From: Pelomyxa schiedti
Lineage: Eukaryota; Protista; Evosea
Assembly (NCBI GenBank): GCA_020536535.1
Contig: JAHLWZ010000955.1
Span: forward strand, 1 to 38,708
DNA: 38,708 bases
Direction: 5' to 3'
Below, piece after piece: positions 22,375-35,000 of the stretch. Each line of letters begins with the position of its first letter. The stretch's first letter is position 1. Under the pieces are notes generated by a model. The model was not told the origin of the DNA, made no database searches, and was given only the letters and a program-made list of their open reading frames with translations. The position numbers were made by a program, and so were the translations under genes.

Positions 22375-23581
22375 ATGACTGAAGACTTGGAGCTAGCGAT
22401 AAAATTGTTTGTGGAGGAGTTCAAGGAGGCCCCTGATGTGTCGGCTGACCTTATCAATGTTGTAACAAGTGAGCTAGATGCTCTTGTGCTTGGAGAGAGG
22501 AATAAAAGTGAAGCCCAGAGGCTGCATGACATGTGGCAGCAAGAACAAAGTGACCACGACATTGCTCTTTCATTTTCATCAGATCAGGTGACAAGCGACT
22601 TCCTCACTGCTGCACGCCTGTATGCAGGGGAGGATGCTGACCGGCACATGGCCAGACAGCTTAATAATGAACCACAGTTTGACGACCCATATGCTCGTCA
22701 GGCTAGAGATGTACTCACTGCTAGAGAAATTCCGAGAGGTGCGGAGGGTACTGCTCCTACAAGGCAGCCACAACTGCGCATTGAAGGAACATGCGCGTCT
22801 TGTTTAGAAAAACGTGAGGTGGCTTACCGTGCTGCATGTAACTGTAACTATTGCTCTGTATGTTTGAGTCGGCTCTACAGGTGCTCTCTATATCTCTTTC
22901 TGATGCCTCACAAACAACAATCTAGAACGGCAATTAATGACATCTCGCTCATACCAGTTCGTTGCCACACACAAAACTTCCCATCTGAAATTGCAGAGTA
23001 AGCACTTTCTCCTCATTTCATTGATGATAAAGCACAGACGAGTTCTGAGTGAACCACTGCTGAGCGAATACAAACGCCGAGTTGCCCAAAACGAAGAAGC
23101 AATACGCAACAAGGCAGGAGCACTGGCTCACACGCAAGAAATGCTGGTAGCTGGTGAGATAGATATATCCCTTCGAGGGAAGAAGTGGCAGACTTGTTCA
23201 GGGTGTGGGAATGTTGTTTTAATCTCGACTGGCTGCAACCACATGACGTGCATTTGCAGGTATGAAAAGTTTTGGGAATTCCATGGACTTACTCAATATC
23301 ACAGGCACCAATTTTGTTTGGTTTGTGGCATTGCGTGGAAGAACTGCGAATGCCCCCAATGGGCAGAGGAAAACTTGGTTGTTGAGCAGCAAGAAAGACC
23401 CGCATTCGCCCCATTCATTAGGCGCCTTGGGCGCGAAAACCGCGAGTGCGACCACCTGTTTGTCTACCACCCCGGAAGAGGGGAATGCGCCACGTGTCAT
23501 TGGACCACTGACCTCTACTTTTTCCAATGTCGCCACTGCGGCCTCATCACATGCCGCATGTGCCGTGATAATAGAACATAG
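22375..23581 (+). CDS. RBR-like E3 ubiquitin ligase (RING1 + RING2/Rcat + C-terminal Zn finger), IBR domain absent
   Basis: RING1 CASC..CNCNYCSVC..PVRC; RING2 WQTCSGC..GCNHMTCICRHQFCLVCG..WKNCEC; tail ECDH..CATC..CRHC..CRMCRDNR; 3 short introns. Confidence 0.85.
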
Positions 23582-23858
23582 TTTCCACTGATTCACCTCA
23601 AATGCCCAGAGAACTGTAGGGCCGCAACAGTACAACAAACACTGCGGTACAGAATCGAAAAAGTTCGCTTCCCAAAACCCAGTTTTTCCGATTCCAATTC
23701 GTGTCGTTTGGTGTTAGCCACATCGCGTAAATACTCGATGAACCCCAAAGGTTGAAGAAATGCAATATCTTATTGGCGCCGGATCAAGTCAAGTCACCGC
23801 CAGGCCCATTATCAACTAAAAACAACTATAACTACTCGTTTTACGGCGGTACGTACAC

Positions 23859-26223
23859 ATGACAGATACGAAAGAACCCATCTCGCCACCATCGTCCTCG
23901 TCCTCGTCCTTCTCGTCGGATGGGATCGTGATGGTCAAGTCCCCTTGTTTTGATGAGGGCGATATCTCACCTCAAGGGAATACCAAAGAGGAACGTAGTG
24001 ATGGTGGCGATGCCAAGGCAGAGGAAGGGCACGTGACTATCAGATTGGTGCTCTTGATGTTGGAAATGTGCTTGTTGACTCTGTCTGCACTATTCATTGA
24101 GACTATGTTGGTGTGGTCACTTTTCACTGTTTGGGAGTTTATTTTTTGTCCCCCACTCCCCCCCAATTTAATGGAAATAAAACCCTAAAATCTCAGGTTC
24201 CTGTTTTACCAACAATATACGAGTCGTTCCCTGGTCAGTCTGTGTGGATCCCTTGGCTACTTTCATCATATATGATCACAGGAGGTTTTGGCAATATCTC
24301 CCCTCGGTTCTTCGTTTCTAACAAGGTATTTGATAGGTGTAACTACACCCATTTTTAGTGCCATGTCTACAAAATTTGGCCTAAAAGTATCTCTTGAATT
24401 GTGTTTGCTCTTTTATATCCTTGGTGAGTTCTACCAATATGTGTATGCCCTTCACTTATGACAGGTTCCATTGGCTGCAGTCTAGCCTTCTTTTCTGATA
24501 ATATTGGAATCCTTATTGCTTTCAGAGCGGTTCAAGGGCTGGGAATGGTACTTCAAGTATATTTGATATTGATTAATTATCTTCCAAGGCTTGCTATATT
24601 TTGTGTTTTGCATTGATAAATGCCTTATTTCCAAAGCGTCTAGTCAATGTTGCAGTGAGTACTGTATTTCATTACTTTATGAACATCCTAATATACTTAT
24701 AGCTTGGACTGATAAGCATTATGTTCCCTCTGGGATCGTCAATAGGACTAATAGGTGGTGGTGCCGCACTGGAGTACCTTGAGTTTTCTTATGAAGGCAG
24801 AAATGTCAGCTGGGCCCCTTTATTTTGGATTTCGACACCAATAGTTATGCTGATGGCTGTATGTTTTATTTTCACTATCCAGGATCCACCTGTGGGCGAT
24901 AAAACCAAGAAAATTGATATTATTGGTAACTCTTATATGGTGAACTTTTTTTTGACAACTTCAGGTGGTGTGTTGCTTTGTATGTGTGTTGGAACCTTCC
25001 TTGTTGGCATTACATTTGGCGACTCGGTAATTTCTACTGAGCAGAAAACCTTCATATACAATTATAATTCACACACGATGCAGGAGGGATGGGATAAGGA
25101 TCTCACAATTATTCTCTTGGTGTTTTCTGTGGTGTTGTTGGGAATGTTTCTTCTATGGGAGTTCGTCTTTGAGAAAGCTCATGCTATAGTTCCTTTAAAC
25201 CTCATGACCAACAGGTAAGTTTCGTTTCTTTTATTTTTGTGTAACCAAACCAGAGCACTGCTTCTCCTTTGCATAATCATAATGACTGTTGGATACAATC
25301 TCTTTTCTCTTTACCAAGTATCCTTAGCATCTCTTCGTGCTTGCTTACTTAATGTAGACATTGCCGTTTTACCTTGAAGATCCCTCTGGTCCATTCCAGA
25401 TCACCAACTCACTTTACGTTGGGTTATTACTCTTCCCCCAAGCACTCCCTGATATTGTGGTCTCCCCATTGAGTGCTCTCGTTGCTAAGTTTTTAGGTTA
25501 ACTTTACTGTTCATTTATTTCATCATAATAAATTAAAAAAGGAGCACCAAACATCATGTCGCTATCTTATTGTATTTATGTTCTGTCAATGGTCCTGCTG
25601 TACTTCTTCCATGATACTGTCCTTAAGGTACCACATCTCTTCATTTTTGATAATTTAACACAACCAAAGATGATCATTGTGTTGTTCATTTCGGGTATCG
25701 GTGCAGCCGGAGTTCTGGCCCTCATTATGATTGTTATCTCAGCTAATACAGACGTTAATACTTTTGCCACTGCTGCAGGTTTTCTCTTACTTTGCTTGAT
25801 TAAGTTAAACCTTGGTAGGTGTAAACACACTTTTTCGCATTGTTGGGGGGTCAATTGGCCCTATTGTATCCAATATATTTATCAATGATGATACCTCTGG
25901 GAGTAGTGCCAGTGGCAGTAATTCTACTGTTCCTGTATCGGTAACATTCTGCATCACTCAGAACAACAACCCAAATAAGACACCACTGACAACCTACCCA
26001 GGGAGAATGGGAAGGCGAGCAAGGATTCCTTACCGCGTGGCTTATTTCCACCCTCATACTATCCATTGGTTGTGTGCTCTCCTTTTTCCTCCCAGGACAA
26101 CTAGACAATTTCCACAAATGTGCACAGTGCCTAAACAAGCCCTCCAAACACAACAAATCAACAGGAACCAAGCACAGCACAACACCAACACAGCAAACAC
26201 CCCTGCTCTCGGCAGCTTCTTGA
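23859..26223 (+). CDS. MFS transporter, DHA2-like drug/H+ antiporter type
   Basis: ETMLVPVLPTI, WLLSSYMITG, LIAFRAVQGLG, IDIIGG, GVNTLFRIVGGSIGP; many TM segments; stop at 26221-26223. Confidence 0.88.
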
Positions 26224-26391
26224 AGTGCTATTTCTGGCAAAAACGAAAAAAAAATCAACGCGATTCTTGTTACGCAGTGTCACACAGACCAAAAACAAAA
26301 AAAAAAAGTATCACACGAACGTACTTGACGGAACGCACGTCATACGAATTAATTCCGTCAAAGCTAAGATCCTTGCAGCTATAGAACCGAG

Positions 26392-27924
26392 ATGTGGAAG
26401 TGGTGGAGCGTTATCTTCTCTTTGACGATGGTGGCGGGGCGGGGCTACTATCAAAGCAGCGCCATTACGGGGATGTTCTTGCGCGATTTTTTGTACCTGT
26501 CTGAATCGGCATCTTCGGCCATCGTGAACGTGCTGATGGCGTTTGGCCTGCTTTGCGGGCTTTTCGGTGGAGCGCTGGCTGACACTTTCTTTGGCCTCTT
26601 TGATATCATATGGGCTGGATCTGTTATAGGCCTTCTCGCCATTTTGTTGTTGTTTACCTCTTGTATGTAGCATGTTCTTCTGTTTTGGGTATTCATTTTT
26701 TAAAACAACTTAGGCCTAATGTGCAGCGGAATACACACTCTCTACGTTGTCCTTAGTGTTACCGCTTTATTCATTATGGGGATGTCGGGTCTCATGTTTC
26801 CTTGTATTACTGCGTTTGTGGGTGAGCAGTTTGGTGCTACCTTCTCAAATACCAAGGCCTCGCTCAGCTCCGCATACAATTGGTTCTATACGTCCTTACA
26901 AATTGGTTCCTTGAGTGCTGCCCTGGCCTTACCAATATTACTGGATTCCATTTCTTCTGCTGCTGCATACGGCACTATGTTGCTCGTATTTGGATTTGTT
27001 GTTATCCTGTTTTTCTCCATGTCCAAGTCTTACTACAGAGCACCACCTAAACGAGAGACCTATCCCGTAGCAGGAAAAATCATATGGGCAGCACTGAAGA
27101 GGTGCAACTGTTCGTCATCTGGGTCCTGCCTTGATAGTGCCAAAAAGTACCACGACCCAGTCCAAGTTGAGGAAGTGAAGTCCGCACTTGATGTTTTGAG
27201 TGTCTTATATGTAATGCCACTTTTCTGGGGTGTTTTCTTTCAGATATACTCCATTTGGATCTTTCAGGCATCAAGTACAGTTTTCATCTGCAAATCCAGT
27301 ATCTTATTCGTTTGTTAGAAATGGACTGTCAATTTGGTTCCTGGACTTTACCATACAGCCAAGTGGCAATATTGAACCCAGCGTTTGATATCATATTGAT
27401 AATACTATTTGATAGACTTCTGTGGCCATTTTGCAGGCGCCTGGGGCTTCCCTTGAAGCCGTTACGAAAAATTGGTGTTGGTTTTATTTTTACTATTGCC
27501 GCGCTTCTGATTGCCGGATCTGTGGAACTCTCTATGGAGAACAGTGATAACCTAGTGAGTATTCTCTGGATTTTGCCACAGTTCTTTGTCATATCACTCG
27601 CCGAAATCCTGTTGGCTGTCACTGTGGGTTCTAATCTTTTAGTCTTGTGATTATTTAACTTTCATCCAGGCCTATGAAATAGCCTATACCCAAGCCCCTG
27701 ACTCAATGAAAGGGTTCGTGACTGCTATGTGGGAGTTCACACTGGCCATTGGAAATGTAATCACTGCACTTCTGGTGTTAATGCCGTGGACAAGCTCTAC
27801 AAATTCCTTCATTCTCGCTGGAATAATCTGCTTTGCCATGATTCTTTACCTTCTGCTGTCCTGGAGATACAGCAAAATACTGGCGAGGAAGGAAAAACTT
27901 ATCGCGGGAATGGTTAATCCATGA
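26392..27924 (+). CDS. POT/PTR (SLC15/NPF) family transporter
   Basis: FGGALADTFFG, AFVGEQF, YNWFY, PLFWGVFFQ..WIFQA..MD, PLRKIGVG, SILWILPQF, YEIAYTQAPDSMKG. Confidence 0.92.
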
Positions 27925-28068
27925 CAATGATTTATTTTCTTTATGTCCTTTTTTCTTTTTCTTTTTCTTTTTTTCTCTTTTTCATCATTTTCATATCATT
28001 TTTTTACCTTACACTAAAAAAAACCAGGAACTAGACAAACGCAAAAAAAATACGGAATCAAATTTTTC

Positions 28069-29550
28069 TTAATTCAAACTAAGAGTGACAGCAGTTGCTG
28101 TGTAGGTCACCTTGAATGTGAACAGGCTGCTTGGGGTGATACTTACACTTGAGAAAGTTCCTGACACTGAGGAGGCTGTCAGCAGTGTGTATACTCCTGA
28201 GGAGGCAGTTGTCACATCAATTACAAGGGCACCACCAATAGTTGCTGTACTAGAGCATGCTACAGCAGCACTAACATCTGCTAAGTACAACTCGCCCTTT
28301 GCAGAGAGTGACCCAATCTTGGAAGCGTCATTCACAGCCCAGGTACTCCCACTTGACACAACAACATCAACTGCAGTTGAGGAGGATGACCCAGCCCACT
28401 CACCACCATCCTCAACGTAAATATCCAGTGTTGAAGTCCCTGATGTAGAGACACTGCCAGCGACGGATGTTGCACTTCCAGTTATAGTTATGGTGCAAAG
28501 AGCGCCATTGACAATTGTGGCAAGCACCCCCTTTGCGGATGTAATAGAAGCACCATCCTCAATAGTGATTAGGGAAGGATTGGCGTACCCCCCACCATCA
28601 ACGTAAAATCCATCCCCAGCTGTGCATGTAGCCTTCGTTCCCGTGGTGAGAGTCACATTGGCAGCTGTTGTTTCGACTTGGGGCATGCTATTGTAAAGCT
28701 TGAAGCAGTGGTCATAGCCAGACATAACTACATTCTTCAGCCATATTATATTGCTACCATCCATGGCACTTGATTCGCAACCCTACAAAAAGTTGAGGTC
28801 AGCAACTTTGTACCACGAGGAGAAACATACATAGGCATATATCTCCGCATCTTGAACCTCAATGCGGCCTGTGCTCATTATGCCTGGTGATCCGCCACCA
28901 TGTGTAATGTAAGTGCCTCCGTTAACAAGAACCGTGCCGCCACCCGTATCAGTGCTTAGAGCCCCACTGTGAACACCCATAGTCTCGATATAAGCATCAG
29001 TAACAGAGATGTATCCCGCGGCGGTAGCATCAACTCCGTGAGCACTGTCTCCATAGCAGTACATCGTCAGATTGGACACAGTCACTGAGGAGCCGGTGCC
29101 GGTAGAAAATATTCCATTTGCCCCCTCACCCGTTGTTGTTATAATCAATCCAGTAGCTACAATCACTCCTCCGGCAGTGGCAATAACCCCTTTTTTATGT
29201 TAGATGAAAATAACCAACCTGTTCTTGAATTTTTTTAAAAGCAAAACATTTTTTCCTGGAATACCTCCGTCAAGTCCATAGGACTGGCTTTCCGAGACAT
29301 CAGAAGTGTTGCCCGTTGTGTAGACGTTACACTGGGTCATAACGAGGGAGGCTTTGTTGCTCACCCAGACACCTGACATGTCGGATGCTGCGCTAGTGAG
29401 TGATCGCCCGGTCATGGAATCGCTTCCACTGCTCAGCTCGTACACGCCCTGGTATGGAACATCTGTTTCACCCCCGGAGCCTGGTTGTGAGCCTGGTGGC
29501 TGTGCCCCGACGAGGGCAAATGCCAGTACGACGAGTACAAGGCCTCTCAT
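28069..29550 (-). CDS. Secreted pertactin/autotransporter-passenger-like beta-helix protein (adhesin-like)
   Basis: Signal peptide MRGLVLVVLAFALVGA; repeats ITTTGEGANGIFS, GDSAHGVDA, SGALSTDTGGGTV, GSPGIMSTG; STWAV; 2 introns. Confidence 0.75.
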
Positions 29551-29873
29551 GCGTTTGTTTGGTTGCGGAAATTTTTTTTTTGTATTGTATTGTGCCACTA
29601 CAAAGAGGCACACATTTAAACGGAACCGTACTTGAAATTCTTGAAAAAGAGTTAGGTTGATTTTAGAGATATCTGACACTGGAACGACCGTATTATCCAG
29701 GAAACTTGAGTTTTGGGGTTCTGTGACTTCAGCCGACCGTCACAAACGCGAGTTTTTTCCCCGTTCGGAAACTCGGTGAACTTTGGAAACAAACACCAGG
29801 ACGAAAAGCCACTGAATTTAAGGGCCTCACAAAACTCAAGTTCGAAGCCAGACCAACCAAACAAACAAACAAC
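29551..29873. promoter_or_regulatory. Probable bidirectional promoter containing a perfect 13-bp inverted repeat
   Basis: 323 bp lie between the divergent ATGs. AACTTGAGTTTTG at 29703-29715 has its reverse complement CAAAACTCAAGTT at 29830-29842. Confidence 0.55.
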
Positions 29874-32012
29874 ATGCCTCAGGGCACACACATCGAGCGC
29901 GTCGTTATCGCACCTCTTGTAGCTCTATCTCTGCTCATCACTGTGGCATGGGGCAACAGCCTCACACAGGGATATGACAACAGCCGAAACGTGAAGGCAG
30001 CCCCCGTGGTGGGTGCGCCGACGTCGTACACTACGTATTTGTGCGGGGGAGTGCCTGTGGATTCTGACAACGTGGCGTCCTGCACCCAGACCGTGACTAC
30101 AGTTACCACCAAGGCTATTGGTGTTATTGGATCCATGAATCAGTTGGTACAGACTGATGACAGGGACGACTACGCCTACCGCCCTGGGTATGGTTTTTTT
30201 TTTTTTTTCTGTCGCCTCCTTTTTTTTTTTTTGAATAACTGTTCGTCAGGTACTATATTGACTCTACAGGTGGTGTGCAGGATTACTCTGTTTTTGACGT
30301 TGATGATATTGGCACAACATTCAAGATGCACTCGGAGTTTAGTGGATTTAACTCTATCATGCTGAACTCTGTTACATCATACACCATTGAGGACTCAGTG
30401 ATAGAGGATGTGACGGATGCTGATGGCAAAGACACCTGCGATTTCTCGGGGCTGGGAGCTGCCGTTGCAGTGTTTGGGGGAACCAAGCTCACCATCTTCA
30501 ACACGACTATCTATGTACAAGGTGTCTCCAAACTAGGCGTAATGGTTGATTCAGCCTGTGAAGTGACAATCGAGTCCAGCAAGGTCACCAGCTATGGCGG
30601 AACCCTCTACAGCGATTACCAAAATATGGCTTGGCCCGCGTACATGGTATCTCCACCGTGGGTCCTAGGTAATGCGCTTTTCCCTTAAAATCGTCTGACA
30701 TTGATTCCCAAGGAATCATGGGAACCAGCAGATGCACAAGCTTGTACGGAAACTATGCCACAATGCATGTCATCGACTCTGACATGGCTGCCGCACAGTG
30801 GGCCGTTTTGTCCACAGATTCTTGTTCGAAGCCAATGCTGAATGTCGTAAACAGCAAGATTTCTCACTTGGGAGCCGACTACCCACTCCAACAACCGAAT
30901 TCAGATGGAACCGTTCTTTATCAAACTCCAAATCCTTACACAAATCGATCTGGCTATGGTACATACATCATTGGAGACGCTAAGATGTACTGGTATGGTG
31001 TAACTGCGGACGTTGGCACTTATATGGGTATTTTTACTGGCGGAACATCCACCTGGACGAGTTTGACTGCGGGAGAAACTTACACTCTGTATGATGCTTA
31101 CGGTTCTGCATCAAGAACGTACACTGCTACGGAATCCAAAGTCACCACCATTAACTCTGATACATTCGGCTTCATGGCGCACCAAGGCAGCAGCAACACT
31201 GCAGTGATTGAGAAAGGAACAGTTGTTAACTCCGGGTGGACAGGAATTTTGGTGAAGACTGGATGCTCAGCATCCTTCTCGGTAACCTCTGGTTCGGTTA
31301 TCACACCTGGAAACGGCATTCTGTTACAGGTCAGTAAACAAATAAACTATTCTGGAAATGAATCTCACTACTGACAGGTACTGGATAACGATGATACCAC
31401 TACTGGAGTTGCAGACCCATCCACTACGACGTTCAACACTAATCATACAGAGGCGGCCGGTTGGCCAACGGCAACATCCACCGGTTCCAGCAACACAGTG
31501 TCACTCACCCTCGATGATGTAACCCTCAGCGGCGATATTTACAACGGCGCAGGGTATTACGGGCAACAAGCACCCACACTCAAGGTAACACTTAGCACCG
31601 GGGCAACATTGAATGCAGCCATCGCCGCTACTGCAACAATTCATGTTACTTATGAAGGAAACGTAGCAATCTCCCAAGCTAAAGTGTGTACTCTTTCTAA
31701 ATTGCTGAAGGAAGCTATTTTCACCACCGGATATAGGTGAAAGCAAGTGAGGATTGGCTTGCTTATCAGAATACTTTCTTCACAATCAGTGAGTACTTTG
31801 ACCTCGGCCAGGTTGCCAACAAGTTGTACTACAATACACACAACAAAGTAGCTGTCACAGTGAACTCGGGCTGCACGTGGGTGGTAACGGCTGAGAGCCT
31901 GCTCACGTCACTCACAAACAAAGGAACTATCTACGGAACCATTACCACCAACAGTGATGGCACCATCTCTGTTGTTCCAAGTTCGACAGTCATGGCCAGA
32001 GGGTCATGGTAA
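29874..32012 (+). CDS. Secreted beta-helix protein of a bacterial-type family
   Basis: Signal peptide; motifs DFSGLGAAV, PPWVLGIMGTSRCT, WAVLSTD, SGYGTYIIG, ILLQVLDNDD, LSGDIYNG, WVVTAESLLTSLT; 4 introns. Confidence 0.7.
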
Positions 32013-32070
32013 TTTATTGACAAAAAAAAGAAGGAAATAAAAAAAAAAAGAGAAACCCAACTTTTTGTTT

Positions 32071-35000
32071 TTAGGTGAGAACAGCAGAAAAAGCGGGGTG
32101 GGCGTCCAGCTTGGTTGTTACCATGAAAGGAATTGTTGAGGGATTATCAAAGGGGAAGATGGACCTGAGCACGCGGTTTGATGGGAAATGACCTTGATAG
32201 GGCTGGCACAGCTCTGTTTGGGGTATTAGAGTGAATTGAATTTGATTTTTGGTAAATAGAAGAAGATTGGTATTGGAAGGGAGGGGACCATATTTAGAGA
32301 GCTGCAATTCCTTTCGCGTTGTCTTAGTGGCAGTTTTCTTGGATGTAACTACAACATTGTCGAGGTTTTCATGCCACTCACCTGTGTTTAGTTGGAATTG
32401 ACTCTGTAGGTTGTTATATGAGTAGAAGAAAAACCTTTTTCCAGCATGGACATGTAATCGGATATTCCCGTGTGTTTCACCTTCAACTGCAATGATATAT
32501 CGTTGTCTTCCAAGGGGACAAGGAAGTCGTCGGAAGTGAATGTCTAAAATAACCAAAAAGTAAAACAAGGAACGCACATGAATGGACTTAGACTTACCCT
32601 TTTCAAGTAGTGTTTAGCAAGAGCCTCCCAGTCATTTACTGGGATGTTAAGAGATTTCCAGTACAACTCGGGGGAAGTAAAGAAAACGTACAGGTGTGCA
32701 GGAACAAATTCACTGAGGAATCTCTGTGAAAGACCATTAGTTTTAGTGCTTGTTAGTAGCCGAACTTACAGCAGAAATTGCAATAGTTTGTTGTAAATCT
32801 GCCTTGGAGAGTTTAATTTTATCCAAATCTCGTCCGATTACAGGGAGAGCGGTAATCCTAGCCTTGACTAACTTTTCAAGTGCTTCTGTATGATGATTGA
32901 CGTTCTCGGCGACTTGGCGCCAGGGCGGGTGTTGCTGATTCATAGATAAACCATAAGGGACAATAACGCTATTCATGAACTGCTCCAAAACGCGCGTCGG
33001 TTCTCTAGGTAGAGGTTAAACAACCCCTTAATAGTAGGAACCTTATGCGATCAGTCCAGAATTTTTTAAACATAGTAAGTTCCTCCAGTTCCATCGTGAG
33101 GTGTAGTGCAAGTAAAGCATTTTGAGGGGATATCTTCGACTGAAGTGAGAAGAGAAAACAACCTTCAAGGAAACCTGGAAGAATAGTGTGGATGAAAGTC
33201 CCTGTAGAAAAGTTGGTTGCAAGTTAAGAATACGGATAACTACCGGGCCAGCAATCCTGCGTGCAATGAAGGTATCTGCAGCTGGAACTCGGGCAACACA
33301 GCCAATTACTGTGTGAAACATGATGAAGTCGTAAAGGCTATGCATTTTTAGGCACAGTACAGCCCACATCATGATTAATATCGAGAGGGGTGGATGCACC
33401 AGGAACGCCATGAAAAAGGCTAGAAGTAACTGCCCCAACCCAGTAACAAGTATTGCCCAGAAAAATCGAAATATAGGAACCGCCTGTGTATCAAGCCTAC
33501 AAGGTCATTACTTTGGCACTCCTGGAGAACGCATACGGAGATAAGAAGTCATAGATAAACATTTCAAAAAAGTAAACAGTCAAAACTGCAAAGGGCACGT
33601 AGACCAAAGCAGTGATGACAAGTAAAAGGGAGAAAAGAATGTTCATAAGTGTGAGAATTGGCTGGAAAGGAACCAGTATTAATGTTCCCAAGAAACCCTA
33701 CTCCAACTTTAGTTTGGGAATCGCCAAGTAAATACTTACCTTGAAAACATAATTTATTATGACATTGAAAAAGCGGGAAACATTTTTCCCAAGGAGTCCA
33801 TAGTCAGGTGCACTTTCGAACCTGTGTCTTGAGGTTGCCACCTGGATGCTATTGAGAAAACTGCATGATAGAGACGACAGTAACATGGTTCCATATCGAC
33901 GCTATCCTAGTCACATAGGTGGATCCACGATCGGAAACTTCTACTTTGCCAGTATGAGAATTAAATTCTATAAACAATTAATGAAAAAAAGAAATGGAAA
34001 GGAACAGACGAAAATGTGAGGGAAATTCGGAGGTTCTAAATTGAGCTTGAATCCCCAAAGGTCCTCTCCATAAGTTTACAACCAAAAAGCCATAATATGT
34101 GTTGGCAATCCAACAGCAAATTCTTCTCCAAAAGCATACGAGACGCCACCCTGGGTACGTCGTTCGAACTTTAGATGTGCGCCATGTCTCACAGGTGAAG
34201 TACCCATTCTGGCCCTATACATACAGATATAAGTAGTACACATAAAAGTAGCTGCCAATACTTCTTTAATTTTCCAGTTGCGTGGACACCATATCTTTGA
34301 GCGGAAGGTGGCTTTTGAACGTGCCTTCCTCAGAGTCCGAAGTTGTAACTCCAGTTTTGGTTGAATTTCTTTATAAAACTGGGCCTCCCGTTCCATGAGC
34401 CATATCTGTAGTGGACATTTTACGGAATCGTGTCGAAGTTGATCGAGAATTGTGTTGAAGTCATCATCCCTTTTCATATTTAGAAGACCTGGCGCTAATT
34501 GTAAAGACCTACATATGTTCCTTGTCGTATCTATTCATTGCTTTGTTTATTTGATCGTTTCTCCAATCAGTAATTCTTGACTTTATGCTATGAGCTGCAA
34601 TCATCTTGGAAAGTGTCTCCGCGCGAAATGCTTCCCGTTGTTCCTGCATGGATTGAGGATTAAAATAAGGCCAAGATAAAGCACACTTCAAATATAGCAC
34701 TCTGTGTGTAAATTTTAAGAGCACACTGGAAATGGCTGAGTAAGATAGGAACGATATTTGGGAACTATCATTGGTGAACTGGGGAATGGTACAGGAAAAA
34801 ACAACATGAGAATGAATAACATCTGATGCTTCAACTATGTTAGATAGTAATCGGCGGTTAAACTCCTGACAAAGAAGGATTAGTCCTTTTTATAGCTCCT
34901 TAGAATGCTTACAACGGCATATTTATCAGCCAATAAATCTGGAGTAAGGGATGCCAGAGACATTGGGTCAGTTTGTTGGAGGTGCTTGTAAAACTCATGC

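Noticed and set aside
28069-32012. Bacterial contamination or chimeric assembly
   Set aside because: Both genes contain short spliceosomal introns like their neighbours and have N-terminal signal peptides.
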